Assembly (NCBI GenBank): GCA_964413805.1
Contig: CAYPUJ010000002.1
Coordinates: 2,045 to 66,044 of the forward strand
Length of the DNA: 64,000 nt
Source: an uncultured Bacteroides sp.
GTDB taxonomy: Bacteria > Bacteroidota > Bacteroidia > Bacteroidales > Bacteroidaceae
Reading direction: 5' to 3'
This document shows, in pieces, positions 1 to 11,800 of the stretch. Made by a program: the position numbers and the translations under genes. Below the pieces are notes generated by a model that worked only from the letters and a program-made list of their open reading frames with translations, did no database searches and was not told the DNA's origin. How positions within the stretch are numbered: position 1 is the stretch's first letter; each line of letters begins with the position of its first letter.

Positions 1-1
1 G

Positions 2-292
2 CTGAAATATGCGGTGAAACATCCGGAGGAGAAATACATTGTCGCCACCGAATCGGGCATCCTGCACGAGATGCAGAAGCAGTGCCCCGGCACCACCTTT
101 ATCCCTGCTCCTCCCGCCGACAGCACCTGTGCCTGCAACGAATGCAGCTTCATGCGGCTCAACACGATGGAGAAACTCTACCGCTGCCTGCGCGACGAGA
201 CTCCCGAAATCGTGGTAGACCGGGCTGTGGCTGAAAAGGCCGTGAAGCCCATCCGGCGGATGCTGGAGATTTCGGCAAGGTTGGGGCTGTGA
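2..292 (+). CDS. nadA: Quinolinate synthase, C-terminal part (truncated by window start)
   Basis: IVATESGILH and CACNECSFMRLNT motifs; C-terminal KPIRRMLE. Confidence 0.93.
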   Translation: MKYAVKHPEEKYIVATESGILHEMQKQCPGTTFIPAPPADSTCACNECSFMRLNTMEKLYRCLRDETPEIVVDRAVAEKAVKPIRRMLEISARLGL

Positions 293-314
293 CGCGCACG
301 GAAGCACTTCCCGA

Positions 315-896
315 CTATTTCGCCAGCAGGAAGTTGCACAGCTTGTGCGTGGCAAGGGCGCGGTGGCTGATTCTGTTCTTCAGTCCGCTTCCCATTTCGG
401 CAAAGGTCTGCCTGTAGCCTTCGGGCAGGAAGATGGGGTCGTAGCCGAATCCGGTGTCCCCCTTGCGGCAGCGGATAATCTCGCCCCTGACGATGCCCTC
501 GAACAGGTGCTCCTTTCCGTTGACGATGAGCGCGAACACGGTGCGGAACTGTGCCCGCCGGTTTTCCACGCCCTCCAGTTCGTTCAGGAGCTTGCGCATG
601 TTGGCTTCAGAATCGTGTCCGTCACCGGCGTAGCGGGCGGAACGGATGCCCGGTGCGCCTCTCAGTGCCTCCACTTCCAGACCTGTGTCGTCGGCAAAGC
701 AGTCCATGCCGAACCGCTCGTAGATGAAGCGTGCCTTGAGCAGTGCGTTTCCTTCCAGTGTATCGGCTGTTTCGGGGATTTCTTCGTGGCAATGGATGTC
801 TTTCATGCTCAGAAGTTCTATTTTATCTCCGACAATGGCTGATACTTCTTCCATTTTGTGTGCGTTGTTGGTGGCAAAAACAAACTTCTTTTTCAT
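315..896 (-). CDS. rdgB: Non-canonical purine NTP pyrophosphatase (Ham1/RdgB)
   Basis: [22 protein letters not shown] and KNRISHR motifs. Confidence 0.95.
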   Translation of the reverse strand: MKKKFVFATNNAHKMEEVSAIVGDKIELLSMKDIHCHEEIPETADTLEGNALLKARFIYERFGMDCFADDTGLEVEALRGAPGIRSARYAGDGHDSEANMRKLLNELEGVENRRAQFRTVFALIVNGKEHLFEGIVRGEIIRCRKGDTGFGYDPIFLPEGYRQTFAEMGSGLKNRISHRALATHKLCNFLLAK

Positions 897-970
897 GTCT
901 CTTCTTATTGGGTTGTCAGTAATTCGATAGTCGCTTTCTTTTTTGCATGGGGTAGGGGCTTTCCGGTGTT

Positions 971-1873
971 TTACTTCCCTTTCAGCTTGTCAAATCCCTC
1001 GCCATAGACCCCGATGACCGAGCTTTGCGAGATGAAGGCGTTGGGGTCGATGTCCTTCACCAGGCGGAAGATGCTCATGGACTGCCGCTTGTAGGCCAGC
1101 ACCACCAGCACTTTCACTTCTCCCTTGGTGTACCATCCCGTGCCGTCAAGCACGGTCACTCCCCGGTGGGTTTCCCTGATGATGCGGTCGGCAATCCGGT
1201 CATACTCCTTGGAAAAGATGAGGAACTGCACCGACTGGCGTGCGCTGTTGACCACGTAGTCTACCACCGCCCCGATGACAACCAGGGCCACAAAGCCGAA
1301 GATGACCCTGCGCCAGTCGTCAAAGACAAAGTAGCACGAACCGATGATGACCACGTCGCACACCATCAGCATACGTCCCAGCGCGATGTCGCGGTACTTG
1401 TGGACGATGGCCGCAATGATGTCCGTGCCGCCCGTGCTGCCGTTGCAGTTGAAGACGATGCCCAGTCCGAAACCGCACATCACCGCTCCTATCAGGCAGG
1501 CCATGAAGTCCTGTCCCTCACCCAGGATGAGCGGAGGGACACCGTCTTCGCCGTTGACCAGCATCTGGCACACGCTGAGCAGGAAAGTCAGCATGAAGAT
1601 GGCATACAGTGTCTTTATGCTGAACCGTGGCCCCAGAATCCTGATGGCAAACGTTATGAGCACGGCGTTGATGAGGAAGTACGTCCACTGGATGGGAAAG
1701 CCGGTGGCGTAGTAGATGATGGCACCGATGCCTGTCGTCCCGCCGATGGTTATCTGGTAGGGCAGGAAGAAAGCAGCCCATCCCATGGCGTAACTGACAA
1801 GGCCGAACGTGATGAAGAGGTAGTCGTGCAACTCCCTCCTCACCGCTGCCTTGGATGGTTTGTGCAGGCGCAT
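971..1873 (-). CDS. YitT family membrane protein
   Basis: Multiple TM segments, [25 protein letters not shown]...VYGEGF. Confidence 0.9.
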   Translation of the reverse strand: MRLHKPSKAAVRRELHDYLFITFGLVSYAMGWAAFFLPYQITIGGTTGIGAIIYYATGFPIQWTYFLINAVLITFAIRILGPRFSIKTLYAIFMLTFLLSVCQMLVNGEDGVPPLILGEGQDFMACLIGAVMCGFGLGIVFNCNGSTGGTDIIAAIVHKYRDIALGRMLMVCDVVIIGSCYFVFDDWRRVIFGFVALVVIGAVVDYVVNSARQSVQFLIFSKEYDRIADRIIRETHRGVTVLDGTGWYTKGEVKVLVVLAYKRQSMSIFRLVKDIDPNAFISQSSVIGVYGEGFDKLKGK

Positions 1874-1879
1874 GTTCTC

Positions 1880-4720
1880 TTATTTCAGTACAATGTTTAT
1901 AATCTTCTTGGGCACGACGATGACCTTCACCACCGACTTGCCTTCCATCCATTTGGCGGAACGCTCGTCGGTTAGGACGGCTGCCTGTATTTCTTCGGCA
2001 GGGGCTGCCACCGGGAATGCCTGGTTGAAGCGGGCCTTGCCGTTGAAGGAGACGGTGTAGTTCACGGTGCTTTCTGCCAGGTAGGCTTCGTTCCATTGCG
2101 GCCATTGCGCGTCGCAGACGGAGCCTTCGTTGCCCAGCGTCTCCCACAATTCTTCGCATACGTGGGGAGCAAAGGGAGCCAGCACCACCAACAGTGTGTT
2201 GAGCACTTCGCGCTTGCTGCACTTCAGTGCCGACAGTTCGTTGACGCAAATCATGAAGGCGCTGACCGAGGTGTTGTAGGAGAACTGCTCGATGTCGCCC
2301 GTCACCTTCTTGATGAGCTTGTGCAGCGATTTCAGTTCGTCGGGCGTGGGGGCTTCGCCGGTCACGGTGAGTTGTCCCGTGCGGTCGTAGTAGAGGTTCC
2401 AGAACTTCTTCAGGAAGCGGTGCACACCGTCAATGCCGTTCGTGTCCCACGGCTTGGACTGTTCCACGGGGCCAAGGAACATCTCGTACATGCGCAGCGT
2501 GTCGGCACCGTATTTCTCCACAATCATGTCGGGGTTTACCACGTTGTACATCGACTTGGACATCTTCTCCACCGCCCATCCGCAGATGTACTTGCCGTCT
2601 TCGAGGATGAACTCGGCCGTGGCGTATTCGGGTCGCCAGGCTTTGAAGGCTTCCACGTCCAGCACGTCGTTGGACACGATGTTTACGTCCACGTGCAGGG
2701 GAGTGGTGTCATACTGGTCTTTCAGGCCGAGCGAGACGAAGGTATTGGTGTCCTTGATGCGGTAGACAAAGTTGCTGCGTCCCTGAATCATGCCCTGGTT
2801 CACCAGTTTCTGGAACGGCTCCTCTACGGCCGATATGCCCAGGTCGTGCAGGAATTTGTTCCAGAAGCGGGAGTAAATCAGGTGTCCCGTGGCATGTTCC
2901 GTGCCGCCCACGTAGAGGTCTACGCTCCGCCAGTATTCGTCGGCTTGCTTGTCCACCAGGGCGGTATGGTTGTGCGGGTCCATGTAGCGCAGGTAGTAGG
3001 CGCTGGAGCCTGCAAATCCCGGCATGGTGTTCAGTTCCAGGGGGAAGACAGTCCGGTGGTCGATGCGTCCGTTGTCGGTCACGCAGTTGTTCACCGTGTC
3101 CCATGCCCAGCGGGTGGCATGTCCCAAGGGAGGTTCGCCGGTTTCGGTAGGCAGGAACTTGTCCACTTCGGGCAATTCCAGGGGCAGGCAGCTTTCGGGA
3201 ATCATGTAGGGCATTCCTTCCTTATAGTAAACGGGGAAGGGTTCTCCCCAGTAACGTTGGCGGCTGAAGATGGCATCGCGCAGGCGGAAGTTCACCTTGA
3301 CATGTCCCAGCCTGTGCTCTTCCACGTATTTCTTGGTGGCGGCAATGGCTTCTTTCACGGTCAGTCCGTTGAGGTTGAGGGGACAGGTTGAAGAGTTGTC
3401 AAGTTGACGGGGAGAATTGCACACGATGCCTTCCTTGGCGTCGTAGCTCTCTTCCGACACGTCGGCTCCTTCAATCAGCGGGACGATGGGCAGGTTGAAA
3501 TGTTTGGCGAAGGCATAGTCGCGGCTGTCGTGTGCCGGTACGGCCATGATGGCTCCCGTGCCATAGCCTGCCAGCACGTAGTCCGACACCCAGATGGGTA
3601 TTTCGTCTCCGGTAAAGGGATTGACGGCATACGCGCCCGTAAATACACCTGTGACGCTGCGGTCGCTGATGCGTTCGCGTTCGGTGCGCTTTTTGGTGCG
3701 GTCCAGGTAGGCTTCGACCTCGGCCTGTTGCCGGGGTGTCGTTACTTTTTGCACCAGTTCGCTTTCGGGTGCCAGCACCATGAAGGTAACGCCGAATATG
3801 GTGTCGGCGCGGGTGGTGAAGATGGTAAACTCCAGGTCTTGCCCGGCCACCTTGAACTGCATTTCCGTGCCTTCGCTCCGTCCTATCCAGTTGCGTTGCG
3901 TTTCCTTCAGCGAGTCGGTCCATTCGATGGTGTCCAGCCCGTCGAGCAGGCGTTGCGCATAGGCCGACACGCGCAGGCACCACTGGCGCATCTTCTTCTG
4001 CACCACGGGGTAGCCGCCGCGCTCGCTCACACCGTCCACCACCTCGTCGTTGGCCAGTACGGTGCCCAGTTGCGGGCACCAGTTCACCATCGTTTCGCCC
4101 AGGTAGGCGATGCGGTAGTTCATCAGTGTTTCCTGCTGTTGTTTCTCGCTCATGGCACGCCATTCACCGGCAGTGAAACAGAGTTCTTCGGTGCAGGCTG
4201 CATCCACTCCTTCGGTGCCGTCGGTCTCGAAGGCGGCAACCAGTTCGGAGATGGGACGTGCCTGGCGTTTGCGGTTGCAATAGTAGCTGTCGAACATGCG
4301 TTGGAAAGCCCATTGCGTCCAGTGGTAATACTCCGGGTCGCAGGTACGTATCTCGCGGCTCCAGTCGAACGAGAAGCCTATCTTGTCCAGCTGTTCGCGG
4401 TAACGGTTGATGTTGGCGGCAGTAGTAATTGCAGGGTGTTGTCCGGTCTGTATGGCATATTGTTCGGCGGGCAGTCCGTAGGCATCATAGCCCATGGGGT
4501 TGAGCACGTTGAAGCTCTGCAACCGCTTGTAGCGGGCGTAGATGTCCGAGGCGATGTAGCCCAGCGGGTGTCCCACGTGCAGGCCCGCGCCGCTGGGATA
4601 AGGAAACATGTTCAGCACGTAATATTTCGGCTTGTCCGGGTTTTCCGTCACGCGGTAGGTCTGGTTGTCCACCCAGCGTTTTTGCCATTTCTTTTCAATT
4701 TCCCTGAAATTATACTCCAT
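1880..4720 (-). CDS. leuS: Leucine--tRNA ligase
   Basis: [14 protein letters not shown] (HIGH), KMSKS, editing-domain [14 protein letters not shown]. Confidence 0.98.
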   Translation of the reverse strand: MEYNFREIEKKWQKRWVDNQTYRVTENPDKPKYYVLNMFPYPSGAGLHVGHPLGYIASDIYARYKRLQSFNVLNPMGYDAYGLPAEQYAIQTGQHPAITTAANINRYREQLDKIGFSFDWSREIRTCDPEYYHWTQWAFQRMFDSYYCNRKRQARPISELVAAFETDGTEGVDAACTEELCFTAGEWRAMSEKQQQETLMNYRIAYLGETMVNWCPQLGTVLANDEVVDGVSERGGYPVVQKKMRQWCLRVSAYAQRLLDGLDTIEWTDSLKETQRNWIGRSEGTEMQFKVAGQDLEFTIFTTRADTIFGVTFMVLAPESELVQKVTTPRQQAEVEAYLDRTKKRTERERISDRSVTGVFTGAYAVNPFTGDEIPIWVSDYVLAGYGTGAIMAVPAHDSRDYAFAKHFNLPIVPLIEGADVSEESYDAKEGIVCNSPRQLDNSSTCPLNLNGLTVKEAIAATKKYVEEHRLGHVKVNFRLRDAIFSRQRYWGEPFPVYYKEGMPYMIPESCLPLELPEVDKFLPTETGEPPLGHATRWAWDTVNNCVTDNGRIDHRTVFPLELNTMPGFAGSSAYYLRYMDPHNHTALVDKQADEYWRSVDLYVGGTEHATGHLIYSRFWNKFLHDLGISAVEEPFQKLVNQGMIQGRSNFVYRIKDTNTFVSLGLKDQYDTTPLHVDVNIVSNDVLDVEAFKAWRPEYATAEFILEDGKYICGWAVEKMSKSMYNVVNPDMIVEKYGADTLRMYEMFLGPVEQSKPWDTNGIDGVHRFLKKFWNLYYDRTGQLTVTGEAPTPDELKSLHKLIKKVTGDIEQFSYNTSVSAFMICVNELSALKCSKREVLNTLLVVLAPFAPHVCEELWETLGNEGSVCDAQWPQWNEAYLAESTVNYTVSFNGKARFNQAFPVAAPAEEIQAAVLTDERSAKWMEGKSVVKVIVVPKKIINIVLK

Positions 4721-4729
4721 AGTGTTCTT

Positions 4730-4814
4730 TGTTTATAAATAGGTTGAAAACTTGTGGATATAGTCGGAATGTTGTTTATATCCAGGAAGTCCGTTGTTCA
4801 TATCCCGTTGATAA
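4730..4814. promoter_or_regulatory. Cluster of six same-orientation degenerate DnaA-box-like 9-mers in the leuS leader
   Basis: TGTTTATAA 4730, GGTTGAAAA 4742, TGTGGATAT 4753, TGTTTATAT 4773, TGTTCATAT 4795, CGTTGATAA 4806, compared with TGTGNATAA. Confidence 0.4.
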
Positions 4815-4821
4815 AGCGGTG

Positions 4822-4829
4822 CAAAGTTA
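4822..4829 (-). promoter_or_regulatory. Bacteroidetes sigma-A -7 element for leuS
   Basis: TAACTTTG on the minus strand matches TAnnTTTG, about 100 bp upstream of the start codon. Confidence 0.6.
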
Positions 4830-4882
4830 CTCTTTATTTTCTTACGCAGGACACGTGGAAGTATAAAAAAAGCGATGTGAGG

Positions 4883-5806
4883 CTATTGTCCGGGGGACCG
4901 GGACGGTGTGCAATAGGATTTTAATTCTGTCACCAGTGTGCGGGTATAGGCGGTGGCTCCTTCTTGATTCATGTGGGCACTGTCGCGGAAATAGGATTTT
5001 TTCCGGTTGAAAGCCTCGTCCGTATAGTGGTTTATCAAGGGAAGATTGTAGCGTTGGCACAAGTCGTACAACGGAGCAAACACCGCTGCATCTGTGTTTT
5101 TATAGAGAGGAGAAACGGCAAAAATCAACTGTGTTCCTGCGGCCCGGCAGTCTTTGATCAGCCGTTCCAAATAGTAGAGCTTGAGCGGGTCGTATGAATA
5201 TGTCTTTGCCAACGGAGAAGCTTTCGTTTGCGGTTCGTAGTTCATCGTGCCTTGCAGGGGACGGTAACCTTTGATGTCTTCTTGCAAAGGCTTCACGTTG
5301 TCCATCATCAGTTGAAGGAATTGTGAATTGTAACGATAGGCGTTGGACAACATCTTGTAGCGTTCATTGGCATCCACCGACCAGAATATGGAGTCGATGG
5401 GCGACTCGTCGTAATAGTAACGCATACAGGGCAGGAAAGTCATGTTGTCTCCTTCCAACAGGTCAAAAGAAGGCATCACGTCATATACGATGTACTTGGG
5501 TTGGTATCGTTTCTGCATCAGCTTATACCAGCCATAAAGTAGTACGATTCCGTTTCCATTTCTCCCGCAGTTATAGGTCGTGAGTTGCAGGGAATCTTCC
5601 AGTATGGTCGGGTCGTAATGGTGAATGGCACGGGAAGAGCCGAACACAAGCAGTTCTTCCGAGGTGTGGTGGCAGATGTATTCTATCCGTTTTGTGTCAC
5701 CGCCCTTGGCACGGGGTACCAAAGGTTTGAAAAACGTACCTAAAGCGGTATCTGCCATCCACATGATGGCAAGGAATAAAAGATTCTTTCCGATAAACAG
5801 TTTCAT
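4883..5806 (-). CDS. SGNH-fold protein, likely periplasmic O-acetyltransferase partner of the MBOAT (AlgJ/DltD-like)
   Basis: N-terminal TM segment, VFGSSR nucleophile motif, DSAH (DxxH) near the C-terminus, directly downstream of an MBOAT gene. Confidence 0.7.
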   Translation of the reverse strand: MKLFIGKNLLFLAIMWMADTALGTFFKPLVPRAKGGDTKRIEYICHHTSEELLVFGSSRAIHHYDPTILEDSLQLTTYNCGRNGNGIVLLYGWYKLMQKRYQPKYIVYDVMPSFDLLEGDNMTFLPCMRYYYDESPIDSIFWSVDANERYKMLSNAYRYNSQFLQLMMDNVKPLQEDIKGYRPLQGTMNYEPQTKASPLAKTYSYDPLKLYYLERLIKDCRAAGTQLIFAVSPLYKNTDAAVFAPLYDLCQRYNLPLINHYTDEAFNRKKSYFRDSAHMNQEGATAYTRTLVTELKSYCTPSRSPGQ

Positions 5807-5818
5807 GAGATTATACTT

Positions 5819-7250
5819 TTAAAAACTAACGTAGATGAATTGTCCGGCATCAAACACTCCGCAAAGCAAGATAGCAAAGGCCAGGATTACATAGCTCGCC
5901 CAGCGCACCGTCCTGTACGGACTGGACATCAACCATCGTTTGCCGGGGGCAAACTCGTTCGTGCAATCAACAGTTATTACCGTCAGAATCGAAGCGAAAG
6001 AGAGCAGCAGGTTCGTCTTACTGTTCATAAGCACGGGCGAAGCAAGGTCGGTGCAGATGTTTGCCATTACGTTCCAGGCATCCCCGATGCCCGGCATACG
6101 GAAAACAATCCAGGCAAAGTTGATCAGCAGAAAAGTCAATGCGATGGCGTCCTGCACGCGCCAATCCTGCAGACTGCGGGCGTTGCAGCCCCAAGGCTTT
6201 CTCGACAATCTGAAACAAACCGTGCAGCACGCCCCACACCACGAATGTCCAGTTGGCTCCGTGCCACACACCGCTCACCAGGAAAGTGACAAAGATGTTC
6301 CAGTAGTTGCGTGCCTTGCTGCACCGGCTTCCTCCCAAAGGGATGTAAACGTAGTCTTTCAGCCAGGTGGAAAGCGATATGTGCCACCTGCGCCAGAAGT
6401 CGGTGACAGATACCGACAGGTAAGGTTGGCGGAAATTGTTTATCAGGTCGAAACCCATCAGCCTGCCTACGCCCATTGCCAGGAAAGAATAGCCTGCAAA
6501 GTCGCCGTAAATCTGGAAGGAGTAGAATATGCTGGCCAGCAGGCAAGAGGAACCTGAGTTGTATTGATAGTTGTCTAAAACTTTGTCTACATACAATCCC
6601 AACCTGTCGGCCATGACCACTTTGAGGAACATTCCCCACAGCATCCATTTCAGTCCTTGCACGGCACGGTCGTAATCGAAAGTCCGGTTGGCTTTGATCT
6701 GCGGAAGCAAGGAGGCCGCTTTGCTGATGGGGCCGGACAGAATCTGCGGAAAGAAAGACACAAACAGCATATAGTCCCACCAGTTGCGTTCGGCGGCGAT
6801 GCGGCGGTAGTAGACATCGAACAGATACCCCACAGCCTGAAAAGTGAAGAACGAAATGCCGACAGGCACCGCCCAATTCAGTCCCGGAATACCTTCCCAT
6901 CCGAACAATTCGGCAAAGGAGCCTGTCAGGAAATTATAGTACTTGAATACCAGCAGTGGAAGTAAGGCCAGCGACGCGCCGCATCCGATGAGCAGCCTGC
7001 GCCGGGAGGATATGGACAGTTCCCTTTCCAACCGGAGGGCAAAGACGTAGGTCACGGCTGTCACGCCCAGCAGAATAAGGGCATAGGCCGGATTCCACTG
7101 CATGTAAAGCCCGTAGGAAACGAGCAGAAGCAGTCTGTTGGCAACCACCGACTTCCGTTCCGGCGAACGGGTGAACAGACAAGGCAAGAAATAATAACTC
7201 ACAAAAATGAGCGGAAACAGCCAAAGAAATTGGAACGAGTTGAATATCAT
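5819..7250 (-). pseudogene. MBOAT family O-acyltransferase (AlgI/DltB-like) with a +1 frameshift near 6146
   Basis: MIFNSFQF, PVGISFFTFQ, FWRRWHISLS, SGVWHGANW; removing one base at GG 6146-6147 joins ARAGR to IALTFLLINFAW...GQFIYVSF. Confidence 0.85.
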
Positions 7251-7359
7251 AGGTCGATGACACTTGTGTTTATCGCCTATAAATCCCTCTTTCACCAATA
7301 ATCTAATCCATAAACAATGTTTTTTTCTATAATTTTGAATGATTTGGGCAAAGGTTCAT

Positions 7360-7367
7360 TACCTTTG
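7360..7367 (+). promoter_or_regulatory. Sigma-A -7 element upstream of the XRE remnant and BREX operon
   Basis: TACCTTTG, with TTTG at 7334-7337 as a possible -33 element. Confidence 0.55.
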
Positions 7368-7390
7368 TATTTATATAACATGTATTTGGA

Positions 7391-7589
7391 AGTAAAGATT
7401 TGAACCGATTAAAAACAATCCTGGCAGAGAAGAAGCGCACCGGCAAATGGCTTGCAGAACAATTAGGGAAAGACTCTGCCATTATTTCCAAATAATGCGT
7501 AATCGACATTGGAAAATCTACTTCAGATAGCGAAATGCTTGGAAGTGGATATTAGTGAATTGGTTCGACAACAAAACTATGATTGGTAG
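7391..7589 (+). pseudogene. Degenerate XRE-family HTH regulator
   Basis: SKDLNRLKTILAEKKRTGKWLAEQLGKDSAIISK* (TAA 7493-7495 where W is expected), then a frameshift to TLENLLQIAKCLEVDISELVRQQNYDW*. Confidence 0.8.
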
Positions 7590-7594
7590 GTAGT

Positions 7595-8233
7595 ATGATA
7601 AACAAGAACAATAGCCCATATTCAGCAACTATAACAGGATGTGCTTTCCTCTATAACGAGTTCATGCGTATTCTGCCATTGCTTATGGATGAAAATGCGA
7701 CGGAACTCCTTAAAGAGGAGGTACTGAACAATCGGATTTTACAAGTAAATTCTCAAAAAGCGAGACAAACCTTCATTACAGAATTTAAGCGTAGATATAA
7801 TGCCGTTCCGATTTCTTTTTGGATGAAATTTATCACCATGGGAGAGACGGCCCAACGGGCAGGACTGCTTTATGCCATATTAAAGGCATACAAGTTGGCT
7901 TTCGATTTTCATTTCAACGTCACTGTCAAGCGGTGGAATTCCGTTGACCAAACCCTTCATAAGAATGACATCATGAGGGAATTTAGTGAAATTTCGTCAA
8001 GGGACGCATTTGTTGACAGCTGGACAGAGAACACAAAAGACAAGTGCGCCAGTCAATATCTGACTATCTTGCGGCAGTCCGGCCTATTGCAAGAAAAAAC
8101 AGACGAACTTCAAGCACTTCATCTTGAAGCGTCTGACTTTGAATATTATGTACGTAGCGGCGAAGACTGGTTCTTGGAAGCCTGTCTGCTTTACCCTTAC
8201 GAAGTGAACGATATAAAAATGCAATTATCATGA
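7595..8233 (+). CDS. brxA: BREX BrxA (DUF1819 family)
   Basis: YSATITG N-terminus, W.ENT..K...YL.IL.QSGLL motif, first gene of the BREX operon. Confidence 0.85.
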   Translation: MINKNNSPYSATITGCAFLYNEFMRILPLLMDENATELLKEEVLNNRILQVNSQKARQTFITEFKRRYNAVPISFWMKFITMGETAQRAGLLYAILKAYKLAFDFHFNVTVKRWNSVDQTLHKNDIMREFSEISSRDAFVDSWTENTKDKCASQYLTILRQSGLLQEKTDELQALHLEASDFEYYVRSGEDWFLEACLLYPYEVNDIKMQLS

Positions 8234-8838
8234 GCAGCATGTCCATACAGGAACTGTACGACTATCTCAACAGTCCGGAGTTTCAGAATGTGGAGAATGG
8301 AAACATCTTCTACAACTACTATATATACCAGTATCCTGCCAAAAAGGAATACGAGATGCGGCGGCAGTTGGTGGTATTCAAGCAAAACTTGGAACGTCCC
8401 ATCAGCTTTGTCAACACCATGCTGCTGGATTTGTTCCAAGTATTTTGTGAGTATCTTAAAAAAGAAACATTCGGTTCGGAGTCATTGTTTGATGTTACGC
8501 TGGAAGACGACAAGATGCAGCCGGATATGGTAACCGCCGAACTGACCAATGAAGCCAATTCGGATAATTTCATCAGCTATGTACATGACCGCATCGATGA
8601 ATATCTCAAAATAAACGACGGTCTTAACAAGCCATATATCTTTGTCCACGGTATAGGGAAAATGTTTCCATATTTGCGGACTAACGTATTCCTCACCCGT
8701 TATGAGAAATACAACGATACGTCACGGTACAAAATCATCCTGTTCTACCCCGGACACCAGGAAGGCAATTCCTTCTCGCTGTTTGATATGTTGGATGATG
8801 CGCATACTTATCGTGCCACCTTATTAGTCAACAAATAA
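8230..8838 (+). CDS. brxB: BREX BrxB (DUF1788 family)
   Basis: YIYQYP..KEY, GIGKMFPYLR, ILFYPG and YRA motifs; overlaps the brxA stop. Confidence 0.88.
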   Translation: MSSMSIQELYDYLNSPEFQNVENGNIFYNYYIYQYPAKKEYEMRRQLVVFKQNLERPISFVNTMLLDLFQVFCEYLKKETFGSESLFDVTLEDDKMQPDMVTAELTNEANSDNFISYVHDRIDEYLKINDGLNKPYIFVHGIGKMFPYLRTNVFLTRYEKYNDTSRYKIILFYPGHQEGNSFSLFDMLDDAHTYRATLLVNK

Positions 8839-8851
8839 ACACCGATTTGAT

Positions 8852-11800
8852 ATGAAATTCAATGATTTATACGAAAGAGGACTTGACCGGAAAGTGAATC
8901 CGGCCGTTTCCGCATCTGATTTGAGCGAGGAAACGGTACACACTGAAATAGAGGAATATGTGTTTACGCAAGAAATTATCGTCAACCTGTTCAACATACT
9001 GACCAACATCAGGCTGAATCAAGGCAGCCATGTCGGCATCTGGATTAACGGCTACTATGGCTCAGGAAAGTCCCACTTCTTGAAGTACACCAGCTATTGC
9101 TTGTCGGGCAAGTATAGCAAAAAGGCTTTTGACCGTCTGATTGAAGCTACCCGGCAAATGTTGCTCGGTGATAAAGATACCTCCGCCATTGAGATCGCAG
9201 GCGTATCGCTTTCTGATTTGCATGATCTTCAGAACTGGTATGTAAATAAAGCGGATGTCGAAATGGTGATGTTCAATATTGGTGACGTACACGATGCCAA
9301 TGTGGACAGGACCAATACGTTTACCACCATCTTTTGGAACCAGTTTAATGCAAAACGTGGTTATAATTCTTTCAACCTTCCTGTGGCTCAATATCTGGAA
9401 AAAGCACTTGATGATGACGGGAAATTTGGTGAGTTCAAGGAGTATGTCAAGAGCAAAGGCTATGATTGGGAGCGCAACATTTCACGCTTCGCCGCCGGCA
9501 GGTTGGATTTGGCTTTGCAGATGGCCAAGGAGGTTGATCCGGCACTTGCCATCGATGTGATTCGTGAACGCATCAAGAACAACGACATCAACATTTCGGT
9601 AGAGGCATTTGCCGCCGAGATGAAAGAGTATATAGACCGCAAAGCCAACCGCAATCTCCGCATCCTGTTCTTCGTGGACGAGGTTAGCCAGTTTATCGGT
9701 GAACACCGTGACCTGTTGCTTCAGCTCCAGTCGCTCGTGAAACGGCTTGATGAAGTTTGCGAATCGCAGGTTTGGATTTCGTGTACAGCGCAGCAGACAT
9801 TGGAAGATGTGGTGAAAAATGTAGGAGGCAGCGATACCAATCCAGAGGATGAGGTCGGCAAGATTTTAGGTCGGTTTGAAGTCCGTGCTTCTTTGCAGGG
9901 TACAAGCCCTGAATATATCACACAGAAGCGTATCTTGGAGAAAAAGGGTGAGGTGGAAATGCAATTATGTGAGCTATTTGAGAAAAACAAAGCCATGCTT
10001 GATGCCCAGTTCATTCTGCCCGGCACTTACCAGTCTTACAAGAACAAGGAAGACTTTGCGGCTTTCTATCCCTTTGTGCCTTACCAATTCCAGCTGATTA
10101 TGAGGGTGCTCGATTCCTTTGTCAATATGAATTATGTGGATAAACAGGTAAAGGGAAACGAGCGCTCCTTGCTGAACATCACTTTCTCCATAGCCAAGGA
10201 GACCGCAGAATGTGAGGTGGGTGAGTTTATCCCGTTTGACCGTTTTTTCGGTGCCATGTTCCAAGGCTCCATGCAACATCTTGGGCAACGTGCCATGTCG
10301 AACGCACGCCAGGCATTAGACCTGATAGACGACGAGAAGAGGCAGGCCTTTTACCGACGTGTGGTATATGTGCTTTTCATGGTCTGCAACCTTTCGGACA
10401 GTGACAAGCAAGGTTTCTCGGCAACTATCGACAACATCGTTACGTTGCTTATGACCAAAATGGATGCCAACAAAGCGGCCATCAAGGAAGAGGTGTCGCA
10501 AGTGCTTTCATTCCTTATTGACAAGTCGGTGATACGCAAGGTCAAGAAGGACAATGGTGCTGATATCTATGAGTTCTACACCGAAGAGGAAGCGCAGGTT
10601 GCCCAGATTATCAAGAACCAGAAGGTGGACAGCAATACCTATACCGAGGAACTTTATAAAATCATCTACGAGCATTTCGGCTTCTCCACTTCCACCAGCA
10701 AGGAAACCTTTGCCACGCGCTCTTTCAATGTGGGAGGCAATGTGGATGGCAGAAATATCCTGTCTAACAATCCGGACGTGGTGGTTGACTTCCTCACCAA
10801 TGCAAGTACCGATTCGCCCGAACAATTTGCTTTCAACAACCAGCCCAATCATCTGGTGTTCTTCCTCTATCCGCTCTTTAAGGACAATCAGGAGCTACGC
10901 CAGAACTTCTTGGACTATTGTCGCGTGCAGCGTTTTGCACAGGAACCTGCGATTAGCGAGGAGCGTCAGCGAACCAAACGTCTATTCCAGGACCGTGCCA
11001 AGGAAATGTACCAGAAAGACATCAAGCCAAAGTTCCGCGATTTGCTCGACAACTGTCCGGTTATCTCCGGGGATGAGATTCTTCCTCAATCCGTATTGGG
11101 TACGGCAAGAAATAAGGAACGCTACAAGGTGGCTATGTTACGGCATCTGCAGAATTTATATAGTTTCGCCCCATTGGTAAACGGGCCGGAGTTTCCTAAA
11201 ACCGCAAACGAACTTTCCCAGAAAATCCTTCGTCCCGTCGAAGTCACTCTGATGGAAACGTCTCTGTCCATACCCGAACAGAAGGTAAAGGACTATCTTG
11301 ACCGTGCACCCCACGATGTCACCGTAGCTGATGTGGTGCGCCAGTTTGCCAAAGTGCCTTACGGTTGGGCGGATAGTTGCAGCATTTATGTGGTAAACGA
11401 GTTGGTTCGCCGCCACCTCTATGCGTTCAATTATAACAACAATCCCAATGTAAGCCGTGAGGAAGTGGCCCGGAACATTGTGCGTGAATCCAACCGGTTT
11501 ACCATTGAGCCTGCCAAGGCCGTCTCGCAGGACATTCTGAATGCCTTTATCGAAGCGTGGAAGCATATCTTCAACGTGGTGAGCGTCAAGGGAAGTAACG
11601 ACTATACCGAACTTTTCCGCAACTGCAAGGACATCAACGACAGTGCGCTCAACAGCCTGTTGAAGAATTACCGTGAGCTAAATCATACAATAAGCGGATA
11701 TGCTTTCGCCAAAGTAATAGACGAAGCCATCTCGCTGATGGAACAGTGGCTTTCCATTCGTGACCCGAAAGAGTTTTTCCAAATCATTATCGATGCCAGC

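Noticed and set aside
4846-4864. Additional parS sites (CACGTGGAA here; similar at ~22812 and ~34905)
   Set aside because: Only half-site matches, lacking the TGTT/AACA arms.
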